A stretch of DNA of 57,031 nucleotides, counting the filler, from Bipalium vagum (lineage: Eukaryota), in assembly GCA_037834085.1 (NCBI GenBank). It is 3 parts of 3 records of this genome, joined end to end, with 100 filler letters (N's around TTAATTAATTAA, not from the genome) between each part and the next. Parts side by side here need not be neighbours in the genome. Positions count along the whole stretch, not along the records: positions 16,731 to 32,761 come from JBBMKC010124105.1; positions 32,862 to 57,031 come from JBBMKC010202494.1; 1 more part is not named here. One strand, 5' to 3'. Of this stretch, positions 24,701-36,100 are shown one piece after another. Position 1 is the first letter of the stretch. Each line of letters begins with the position of its first letter. The position numbers and the translations under genes are program-made. The notes under the pieces were generated by a model. It ran no database searches. It saw only the letters and a program-made list of their open reading frames with translations, and was not told where the DNA came from.

Positions 24701-27700
24701 TTGTGATAATAATTCAGCTATAAATATTGATGATGTTGACAAAGCAAAATGTCTTACCGTCCTTTCAAAGTCAAAGTCCTATCAATGAAAAAAAATTTAT
24801 AACATACTGAAATACCATGAGAAATATTTATCCCTACACGTCGGTGACCATATAGTTGGCATGTTTGAAATTGGACTCGGACTTGATGTAGATTTCTGAC
24901 ACAAATTTCAACACTGACCGTTGAACCAAAAGGTCTGGGATCTCACAGATTAGGCTGAGACAGTTATCCAGACTCAGGACAGACTGACCGAACGATTCCA
25001 CAAATTCCAGTCCCATCTAAAAACAAGTACAACATTAAGGAGAACAAGTTTTTCAATGTGACCGAAAATATTTTGTGATTTGTGATTCTAATTTCAACGT
25101 TTCTTAACTTGAAAAAACTGGTCTCATAGACCTGACTTTATCATATTCTGGATAGATGTTTGAAAAATAATAATAAGAATATAATTTTTATAAAAAAATT
25201 AACTGACTGCGTTTCATCTTGTATAATACATCTAGAGATCATTGAGGATTTTAAAATAAGGAAAATGTCAAACTCTGGACTTTGAGAAATATCGTCAAGC
25301 TTGAGCTTTCAAAAGCCAACTGAACCGCTCATCACAAACTGCGACTTGCTTACTTATTTCTTCTACTACTACTACTAATACTAATACTAAAAAAATATCT
25401 TTTACTTATCACCATTAATACATATTTTGATCTACACTATCGAATTGTTGAGGAGTAAAATCTTAGTAGAGCTTAGTAATAAACTCATGACTAAGTATTA
25501 CGAACTCTGATCCCCAATTATCACTTTCATCTGTAGGAATACTTAAAGGCAAGAGATAACCTTTAAAATAATGTATAACCGATAAATTCAACTGTGTCTC
25601 ACCAGCCTTATAGATAAGGTTGACTATTAAGGTAGAAACAAAAGAAGGGAAAATTGACTAAATATGTAATAACGAGAAAGAAAAAAGTTTGCGTGAAATA
25701 TTTTCGGAAAAGAAGAACAGTAAAAACAAATGGGAAATTTGATATTCCGAGCTCTACACTGTGGGCTTCTCAAATATCTTCCAATGTCAATGGTCGTTGT
25801 CAATTATAACGAAAAAATCAATGTCGACCCATTTGAAAGATAAAATTACAGCAAGAATATTTTTTGCTTTTGTAATTACTTTTTTTCCATTTCGTTATAA
25901 AAGAATAAATTCTCTTCTCGCAGACCGGGGAACATTTTCCATTGAAAATTGTAGCAAAACATGAACTCGGTTCTGCCCATTGCAATTTTCCCTAACAGCT
26001 TTGATGGACAGTCCCATATCCTGCAAGAAGAACAAGCTTCGAGCGTATGTTATCTGTCCTCTCTGTCAGTGATGATTGAAAATGTTTCTCCGGGTTCACG
26101 AAACACTGTGGCGATTAACGTTGAATTGATTATTTGCAAATGAAAAATCATTCGTTTCATCTTGCTTTTAAAACAAAAGAAAAGGTTTTCATAGGAACGC
26201 AAACGAAAAAAAGATTAGGGGAAATGTGAATACAAAACGGGGTCTAGACAGCCTGAGGACCAATAATCACCGCGGATTTTATCAATTATAAGATTAAAGG
26301 ATTTGCTCTATAATTTAGTTGTGCACTGAAAATAAATAGGGAGAAAATTATTTTTCAAATGATAAATTAATTAAATTTTAAAAGGATCAAATTTTCAGAA
26401 AACTTCCCATTTGACTCAAATGAATTAATCAACATTTTAATTAAATAAATCAGCCTATAAAATTAAAACAAAATAAATTTACAGTTATAATTAATTCGAA
26501 CTTTTTTTATATGATTTAAAGAAATAAATAATAACAGATATTTTTAATTTATTTTAATTCATTTATTATTATTTGTTTAATTTTAGTTTTTTAGTTTTTT
26601 TTCTTTATTTTTATTTTTTATTATTTTTTTTATTATTATTTATTATTAGTAGTAATAGTAGACATAGTAAAAATTTTCTTTCTTAAAAATATTATTCTTG
26701 GCTATTTTTATATTGCAAAAAGAAAATATTGAATAATTATTAAAATATAAAATTAACAAACCTCTCCAGCTATGCCAATTATATATAGTAAACGAAGGAA
26801 AAACACTTTTTCCGGAACATAGTCTACTTTCAGAAACAAGTCAACCCTTAAAAAAACCCATAAGTTTCTTGATTTCTTTCAAAAGAATCAGACTTTTCCT
26901 CCATTGTCATTTCACAAAACAATCCAAAGTCCGACCAATATTTCATTATCAATTTGGCAATGCACATAAAATTGCTTCGGATCAAATTCTGCGTATTTTG
27001 AACCCGACCGATACATAGGATTATGTTTAAAATGTCTGGAGCATCTTCTTTATTTAGTCGGATCCATTTGAAAAGCCATTCAATGATGTTGTGGGGAACA
27101 TTAACCGCAAGATCTTCTCGATCAGCAAAGATAACTTTTAGCAATGTTAACTTTTTCGATATAGCTTGGTTTTCCAAGGACATAATCAAATCCAAACGTT
27201 TAAAAAGCAAATTTTGGATTCCAATCATTTCTTTGGCCATAACAGCCAGACAGTCCATAGTGGCATTGTACATAACGAAAATCTTTCCCTTAAGATATAA
27301 AGTCGATAGTTAAAATGTTGATACAGCTTATAAGAGCTTACATGATTTTCCTCTCGAATCTTTGATATCCTTCTGAAAACCTGACTCTTCTACGGAAAAA
27401 TTAATAAATGTATTTCAAGGTAATCTATCAAATAATTATTATAATATTTTCATTCGTCAAATATCCTGATAAACCTTGGAAACATTGTAATGGTAATAAT
27501 AATATTTTTACAAGTAAATTTGTTTCGTGAACAAGATATGTTTCACCATGAATCATAAACTTGTAAGAAAGGAAAGGTTTCAAAAGAGGTTTCAACAGAA
27601 AAGAAGGTTTCAAAAAATATGCTAAACAAATGTGGTGAGAGTAAGAGACATATAAAAATATATATCTGATTTCAGTACACTTAAAGAAATAAGAGACATA

Positions 27701-30700
27701 CGAAAGTGAAGCCAATTGGCTTTATTTAAATACTTAAACTTCACTTCATAACAAGTTGTAGCTGTTCTCAATTCTATTTAAATATGAGTAATCGGGAAAT
27801 GATATGACAGCCGCACAAAGCCCCTAAAACCCTATGTATTATATTTTAATTTAACGAAAATATATATCGCTATTATGATTGATTGAACAAAAACAGACAT
27901 TTCTTTTCGGATGATATAATAATGTAAAGGAAACCTTTAAAAATCATTGATCATTTTTTAAAGATACAAGATGATAATCCTATGTTAAATTAAGTCTGAA
28001 ATTCCAATATCAGTTTCAGATATAAACATTTTTACATTAAAAAAATTATTAAAACAAAAACTTTTTTTTATAAGCCCAAAACAAATTCTTTAAGTTCGAA
28101 CCACCAAAAGGATACAAAGAAAAATAAATAAATAATTTGTCAAATTTCTGATTTTCGTGAAAATAAAATAAAAATAAAATAAAATTGTGTATAACCTGAG
28201 ACTAATTCAGTTCTGATGTTTACAACTGAATTACAGAAAAACTGTAAAAACCAGTTCCAATTTTATCTGTCCAAGGAAATGGTTCTACATTTACACTTTG
28301 CAAATTTTTAAAACTCAGCAATAAATTTTTGTGATTAAAAAATAAAAAATAATAATCAGTTATAATTAAAATCAATAATTTAATTTTAATATTCACATAA
28401 AAATGTCATTAAATCCGATCATTAAAACAATACAATGGAATAAATAAAATACTGTAACTGTTATGTGCAATTTTGAAAATATTTTGTTTTATTCTTTAAG
28501 AATTCTATAAATACACAAATTTAACCATTTACTATTTTGATTAGTTTTTCTGAAATAAACGATCATCTAAAACAAATCTCAAACAAATTTATATTATTGT
28601 ATAAAATATTATTATTATATTATAAAATAATATATTATATAATTTAAAGTAACATTTAGAGGCAAAGCCACTAAAAGAATAATAATTCGATTTGGATCAA
28701 CAAATTTCTGAATACTAATTTTAAGTTGAGGATATGTAAAGGATATGCCATGAACAACGAAATCAATTTATTTTATATAAAGATATGATTTGTGAAATTT
28801 TATGTAAGCATTCAATTGTTTTAATAAGTTAATATAATCACATTTAGATACATCTTATTCAATTTAAGATAATGCTATCAATTGAATAACAAGTTGAAAT
28901 GGTAATACTGATGACTCAGGTGAATTCAGCAAAATCAATACGACGGTTAGGAACTTTGAAATGGAAAATTATATTAATACCAACAGTGAGGACCATAATT
29001 TATGCAGATAAGTCTTGCGTTGATGAAATTTTTACCTTTTGGTTTCAGTTGATATTACACTATTTTCAAATGTTATGGAGTATTATATACAACACTAAAC
29101 TTTCATTTTCAAAAAGAGATGTTTTTCATTATAGAAACCAAAAAAAATTCATAGATCTTAGATTTGTGGCATTCTGTTGTAAAGCATTACAGTGGACAGG
29201 AAGTATTATAAGTTAACAAGCTTAGAGAACAGATTAAGTAATAAATGTCTGATTTTCACCAATAGAAATGAAAATAAAATTGATCTTGTAGCAAATACAC
29301 AATCTACGTTGAAGCGTTCTTGGTCGCCTTCCATATTTACATAATCAATCAGATTGCTGTTTCATTCTTTGCAAAAATTATTTTGATCAGAAATCATTCG
29401 TTGACTTAAGTGATGTATTATGTTATTGCAAAAGAATTTGAATTCAAAGACCTTTAGGTGGATAACACAAACAAGTATGAATATATTTTTCTTAAACGAA
29501 GGGAGACTTATTGTTCAAATGTTTTTCAGAGTTTTTTTTCTATTTCCGTCAAAATCAAGTTCTGTAATTCCAAGCACGAAAAGATTAGAAATTCAATTTT
29601 AATATTGTCCCCGTTTTTGAAGGTTTTTCCCTTAAGGAAATTAGATAGATACTTGAAAGAGAAAGTCTAGACATGTATTGTGTGAATAAAATAAGTAAAG
29701 AGATAATTTCATGTCCCAATTAAAAAACTTTTTTTATTTATTATTTATGATCAATTTTAAAAAGTATTTTTTATTTAATAAAATTCATAAAAAATAGTTT
29801 TCAACATTCACCCTTACCTTGGCAGTGAATCCAGTCTTCACACCGCATTCTTTCTCGAAAACCTTCAAAAGGATTTCAACGATATCTGTTTTGGTAAAGA
29901 AATTCAACATTATCTTTTGTTAATTATTATTTTCAGTAAATTTCTTACTGCAGCTATAGAGAATTTTCTGGAAAACAGCATTGGGAATATTTGTGTTGGG
30001 CAGTGTACAATAACTAAGGTGAAACAATAAAACCTTCTAATGATATAAAAAGATCCTCACGCCTTGATGGTGTTCAGTATACTCTTATAATTGGTAACGG
30101 CTGACGGAATCCAGTCTCCACTAATGAGGATATCTAACTGAGGACCATAGTCCTTGACCATCTCAAACCATATGTCAGAATCAGGATGATACGTTATCTT
30201 CAAAGCATAAAAAATATTTTTAATTTTTTTAACAAAGGCTTATATTATCAAAAGCTTACCATCATATCAAGAGACGTTTTGAAAACTGTTTCTTGGCTGC
30301 TGAAGAATTTTGCTATAAGCATCAGACTCTTATGAAGCAAAGAGTCGTATTTATACTGAGTAAGATCCTGGGATTATGATACTATTATTATTATGATCAT
30401 TATTACAGAAATATTATTTTATTTTATTTATTTTGTAAGTGTGGAGAAATAAAAGTAACACGTACTCAGCTGATATTAGACTCTTGAAAAAATTAATAAT
30501 GCCACTTACAAGTAAAACCTCGCGCATCCGTTCGACGCAGAAGTACTGAGTCGAGCTCATTAGTGATTGAAGAGAGTCTTTTATTTCTCTGCATTCTTTC
30601 GAAGTACTTGATGAGAAGCAAGACATTAGTAGCCTAAAGTGGTAATGACTAGATCCACTTACCTCTTGAAATTGTTAATGTCGAAATCCTCTTGAAATAA

Positions 30701-32539
30701 CTTAGCGATAAAGTCAGGCGATTTCCTTTGTTCTGGGGGAGATTGCAGTAATAATCTGATGTCTTTGAACAGCAGCACTAGACCCTACAAATGAAACAAA
30801 TAAAAACTTGATGATTTCATCTGTTCTCATACATATACGACCCACTCGGTAAATTAGATTTTTAATAAAGTTTAAATTTTTTAATATTTCTTTAAAATAT
30901 TTTATATTTTTACTTGTGAAAAATTATTCTTAGAAAATTGCAATTTATATATTATTTTTTTATACTATTGTTTAAAAGAATAAATGTCAGCTTTATGATG
31001 ATGTATTTCAATAGGCTAAAAAGTACTTAGAGTCCATCAGAAGTAATGAAGTCAATTCAACAAAAAGTATTTTTAACAGTGCGTTTACATTTAGAGGTCT
31101 CATTTCACGACATAGCTGCGGCTTACATTGTTGCACTTTTTCCACAGGTTGACCGTTCCTTAAAGTCTATTTAAAAAGAATTTTCATCTTATCATCTTTA
31201 AATCATCCTTTGAAACAAATTTATGTCCTCTCATCTGTTTCTTCAGATACTTGAACAACCAAAAATCATTTCTTGCAAGATCCAGAATACATAAAGGATG
31301 ATATAACTGCAAAACATATCTTTTGTTAATGTCTAGTGTTTTGATGAATACATAGGAGCGTTATCAAGAAGCAAAAAAGTTTCTGGCTGCTTAGTTTACG
31401 ATTGATGCTTCGAGTTTCATGTATGAGATTAACTTAGTAATCCAAGTTTAGATTTTCTTCATTAAAAGCCATTCATTTATTATTTATATTCCAAAAGATT
31501 TTCAACATGACATATTGAAGATTCGAAATCCCAAAACGCAAAATCTTGGGTGGCTTCTCATTTTCAAAAACCATTCCTTTGACTCTCGTTTCGAGTAAGG
31601 AAAAAGGAAACACCCTGTTAAATTCAATATTTTCCAACAGTTTTTTGAATTAATCGAATCTATTTCAAAGAAAAATTAAACCAATCATATATTTCATACT
31701 CATATATGATTATTATTTTACATGCAAAATTTTATTTAAGTATCATCAATATTTCTGTTAGAATCCTTCTAATCTTAATTAATGAAAAATTCATACCATG
31801 AATAAAAGTGTTCTATTTATAACTTAGAAGGTAAATAAAAACAAATTTTTGATAAAAATAATTTTGTAAATGAAAATTAATAATGAATATAATATTCGCT
31901 TATAGCATAATATTAAAGATTAAAGAAATTTGTTTAAATGTAAAAAAAGGTTTGGTTTCCATTGTAAAAAGAAAAATAAATTACTTCAGTTCGGGCATTT
32001 AACTGAAACATCAGGAGAATCTCTAGAACTTCGAGACCAGCATTTTTGGCTTCCACAAGTATATCATTTGTCTTCGATATTTCGAATCTCCCGTGGTGAT
32101 GAAATTCCTGCAACTGATCTCTTTCCACCACTGTATAGCCTTTATTTAGAGAGCCTTGGAATTTTATGTCTTTTTTTCCGTCAAGAACATTTAAGATTGG
32201 CCCGATCAATTCTTGCAACCCCTTTGCATCTTCATAATAACCGTACTTAATCAGATTGAGTAACAAATGGAAAACCTTAACATTTGGTGTTAAGGCAATC
32301 ACAGATATATTGAAACATTACTTCAATAATAAGATGATTGCGCCCTGTGTTCTCGGCTGAAAGACAGGAATTGCTCATTATGAATCTTTTGATCCAGTCT
32401 TGGATTATTGGAAAGGATTCCTGCATTTCTTGAATATGTTTCATATTGTGGCCCGCTTGTCCCCTGATGTTGTTATAGGAGTATGCAGTGATTGGATATT
32501 CCATGACAGTGAAATTGTTTCCGTAATTTAAGAATAATG
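18768..32539 (-). CDS. Divergent inositol 1,4,5-trisphosphate receptor-like protein (central ARM/RIH region), 5'-partial multi-exon CDS
   Basis: In-frame GT-AG exon chain: 32539-32322, 32275-31985, 30784-30663, 30606 (or 30633)-30510, 30367-30260, 30197-30061, 30013-29949, 29885-29818, 27389-27342, 27288-26894, 26846-26762, 25016-24838, 20779-20663, 19283-19217, 19161-18768. Peptides follow the order of ITPR motifs: NHLIIEVFHLLLNLIKYGYY (cf. [20 protein letters not shown]), VEAKNAGLEVLEILLMFQLNAR (cf. [22 protein letters not shown]), DLTQYKYDSLLHKSLMLIAKFFS (cf. [22 protein letters not shown]), IQNLLFKRLDL. Confidence 0.78.
19560..20558. mobile_element. Cluster of decayed mariner fragments in an IP3R-like intron, apparently nested
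   Basis: Plus-strand remnant (YHFLRHLRNF, about 19930) and a TIR-like end CAACCTAATA at 20549-20558. These flank a minus-strand 3' fragment that begins with a TACGAGG-type terminus at about 20070. Confidence 0.5.
22173..22280 (+). repeat. 14-bp tandem repeat (GATTAAAAATAAAT), about 7.5 copies
   Basis: Direct reading; later copies vary (TATTAAAAATAAAT). Confidence 0.9.
22361..22846 (-). mobile_element. Non-autonomous piggyBac-like remnant with TIRs of about 45 bp
   Basis: Left end TTAAATTAACGGGTATCGCCAAATAGTATAAATGATACTA versus reverse complement of the right end TTAATTTAACGGATATTACTAAATAGTACCATTGTCACTA. TTAA at both ends. Internal minus-strand DYNKGKDGA resembles the piggyBac YNxxKGGVD motif. 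Confidence 0.55.
31050..31650 (-). mobile_element. Decayed mariner transposase fragment in an IP3R-like intron
   Basis: Minus-strand remnants ETRVKGM/SKEW, LLLDNAP and LFKYLKKQMRGHKF. Confidence 0.55.
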
Positions 32540-32761
32540 CTGAATAATTAATTAGAAAAATGTATTATTTTAGATTAATAAAAATTAAAATAATAATTTT
32601 CTTAATCCTTGTGCATTTGTCTCACATTAAACCGTTTCTATGAAATTCGAAAACAAAATAATTTAAATATTCTTCAAAATTTTATAATACCGTGTTTAGA
32701 ATTTAATGTTTTTATTTAATGTATCATTTATTATATTATTTATTTAAGTTTTTTTAATGTT

Positions 32762-32861
32762 NNNNNNNNNNNNNNNNNNNNNNNNNNNNNNNNNNNNNNN
32801 NNNNNTTAATTAATTAANNNNNNNNNNNNNNNNNNNNNNNNNNNNNNNNNNNNNNNNNNNN
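32762..32861. other. Artificial contig spacer N44-TTAATTAATTAA-N44
   Basis: Same 100-bp six-frame-stop linker as 16631-16730. Confidence 0.97.
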
Positions 32862-32905
32862 AGCATCAGTCAGTATTTTGCGTCGTTAAATATTTGATCT
32901 CTTTC

Positions 32906-32910
<5 letters not shown>

Positions 32911-32955
<45 letters not shown>

Positions 32956-33085
32956 TCAAGAGTAAACTCTTTATTAACATATTATATAATATATATATAT
33001 TATTTCAAGAGTAAACTCTTTATTATCATATTATATAATATATATATTATTATTTCAAGAGTGAACTCTTTATTAACATATATAA
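32911..33085 (+). repeat. (ATT)n microsatellite followed by a 49-50-bp tandem repeat (about 2.7 copies)
   Basis: Unit TATTTCAAGAGTAAACTCTTTATTAACATATTATATAATATATATA starts at 32952, 33001 and 33051. Confidence 0.9.
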
Positions 33086-33199
33086 TAATAATAATAAATA
33101 ATAATAATAATAATAATAGCCTTATTGTTTTCTGGATTATTGAAAATAACAGAGAAATTATTGATCCTTTATTCTTTAAATATGTTATAAATCATTTAG

Positions 33200-36100
33200 C
33201 CTGCTACTGTCTCGAGATGTGGCATGATATATTTGCAGCCATCATCAATGGGTTGGAGGCCTATGTTTCAGTCATGGTTAGCTGGGCAATCTGAAGTACT
33301 TAAAAAAGATGGAAGCACTGAAATGATGAGTTTATTGTTTGAATGGAGCGTTGATGAATGCCTACGTTATGTAAACAAGCATTGCAAGGGTGTAATTCCT
33401 ACAGGGTCTATACATCTTGTCAGAAACCTGACAAACCTAATTGACATGATAATGACTCCTCACTTGATCAAGGATGATGTTGCGGAAAATAGAAACCTTA
33501 AGATATGGTTTCAATCTGCATGGTTATTTTCCATGCCTTGGTCAATTGGTGGTCTATTAGACTTTGATTCAAGACAAAAATTTGATCTTTTCTTTCGAGA
33601 ACTTGTTTCTGGCAAAAACGAAAAATTTCCAATTCCAAAAGAAGTGAATCGAATGGAAGTCATGTTTCCCGAAACTGGTCTGGTCTATGATTATTATTAT
33701 GAAGTACACACTTTGCTTTATTTCTTTTATAAAATATTTTTGTCCAGCATAAAGCCAGAGGATATTGGCATCACTGGAACGACTTAAACAAGGGTGGTGC
33801 TAAAACAGAAGGTAAAAATATCAGAGAACTACTCATTCCAACAATGGATACTGCTCGTTACAAATTCATTATTGACCTGTGTGTAACACATAGACAATCA
33901 CTTTTATTTGTTGGTCCCACCGGAACAGGCAAATCTGTCTATACCCAAGACAAACTAATGAATGAGTTGGATACCGACAGTTATATGCCTTCGTTTGTCA
34001 ACTTTTCAGCACAAACAAGTGCCAACCAAACTCAGGTTCGAAACATGATTTTTCAAAAGAGAAAATCTTTTATTTATAAGAATTTGAATTTCTTTTTGAA
34101 GTTTTTTTGTTTATCAGAAAGATTTATAAAGGAAGGAGTTTTCTAAAAATATTTTAAAAAGCTCATTAAAAGTACAATTGCTTATAATTCTGATAGAAAA
34201 ATTTATATAAAAATATTAATTATTTATTATTTATTTTTAATAAATTTATTTATTTATTTCAACTTATTTTTTATTCAAGTAATTTTTTTTCTATTTTATT
34301 TATTTTAATTTTATTTATTTAAAATCTTTAAACAATTGATACTGGTTTAGAATGTAGATTAATACTCTTAGTTATTTGAATAAGGATATATATATGTTCT
34401 CACATATTTTTAATTAATCCATTTTTCCGGTGCAAATACTGATTTATTTATCTTTCAAGAATAATACAAAAAAATTAAATTTTAAAGAATTTTAAAATAA
34501 ATGATAACTGATATAAAATTTATTTTAGAAATTTTTCAATTTTTTTGAGTAAAAACGATAAGAAATAAAAACTAATAATAGTATAATGTTCTTCTAATAT
34601 ACATTTATAATTTATATACATTATAATTATATATAATGTATTTATGTATACATTATAATTTAATAAAATGTATTTATATGGTAATAATGGATTGACATAA
34701 TATTTGGATACCAATTAACAAATTTCCTTTTTATTTAATCGAATAGCAAATAATCATGTCCAAGCTAGACAGGCGAAGAAAAGGGGTCTTCGGTCCTCCA
34801 ATGGGAAAATGTGCAGTCATTTTCGTTGATGATCTAAATATGCCTGCAAAAGAAATCTATGGTGCCCAACCTCCCATTGAACTTCTTAGACAGTATTTCG
34901 ATCATGGAAACTGGTTAAATTTCTTCCCGTTTTCGTTGCTTGTAATGATTTTCCTATCGATTTTCAGGTATGATATCAAAGATACTACGAAAATCATTTT
35001 GCAAGATATATACCTGATGGGAGCTATGGGACCCCCGGGAGGTGGTCGAAATGATGTTACTCCTCGATTTCTAAGACACTTTAACGTTGTGAGTATGACA
35101 ACTTTCAGCGACGAAACAATGATTCGAATATTTTCAACCATTATGTCAATATATATGAAAGTTAAACTTCTAACGATAATTAATAACACTTAACATCTTT
35201 CATCTTATCTCCAACAGATCCAAGAATTTACGTCTGATTACCTAGCGGTTGGGCAAATAATGGTCAATGCTACATTGGACGTTTATAAAAATGCAATCGG
35301 CAGTCTGTTACCCACTCCAGCCAAATCACATTATGTTTTCAATTTACGAGATTTTAGTAGAGTCATTTTGGGAATTTGTCTGATCAAGAAAGACCAGATC
35401 GAGGATAAACGTACTTACACACGTCTTTGGGTTCACGAAGTTCTTCGAGTCTTCTATGACCGCCTGATAGAAGATAACGATCGTGAATGGCTTTACAAGT
35501 TTTTTCTTTGGGAAGATATCTTTGTTCTTATCGTAATTTATTATTTTCTTCCAGACTCTTGAAAGAATCGATCAAGAAGCACTTTAAAGACAATTTTGAC
35601 AATGTTTTTGAACATCTGACATCAGAACCGAATGAATTGGTAATGAGAACTTGAATATTATATTTTAACTTTATTTTAATTTTTTAAAATTATTTATTAT
35701 TCATATATTGTAAAGTAAATAAAAATACAACAAAATAATTTTGAAATACTTTTTAATTAATTTTAATCGAAAACTTTGTCCAATCATTTTTACTATACTT
35801 TCCTCGTCACTTAAATTTATTTTTTTTTATATTTTTAAAATTTTTGAAATCATTTGAGACCTAGAATCAGAGCACTCTAAAATTTCAATAACTGAATTAT
35901 CAATATTACATAATACAGGATTTTTCATTTGATTTTGTAATTCAATTTTTTACTTATGTATCATATTATACTATTTAAATGTAAAAGAATATGCGAAAGA
36001 ATTGAAAAACTAAGATATATTTCATACAAGTATACAATAAATAAATGTAGTTACCATCAATAATAGCATTTTTGTTAATACATTGTGACAGGAAAAATTG

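Noticed and set aside
28899-29670. Plus-strand ORFs inside the IP3R-like intron
   Set aside because: No family motifs and low-complexity composition; probably decayed TE sequence.
30634-30662. Possible 29-nt ultra-short intron in the IP3R-like gene
   Set aside because: An in-frame CAAG acceptor 27 nt further on gives a 56-nt intron with a good pyrimidine tract, matching the local size mode. Cannot be decided without reads.
16631-32861. Apparent clustering of a GPCR, an IP3 receptor and a ciliary dynein as a Ca2+/cilia signalling locus
   Set aside because: The three genes lie on separate pieces joined by artificial spacers, so order, orientation and distance are not evidence of linkage.
32952-33085. 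Regularly spaced repeats resembling a CRISPR array
   Set aside because: The intervening sequences are near-identical AT runs rather than unique spacers; eukaryotic intron, no cas genes. It is a minisatellite.
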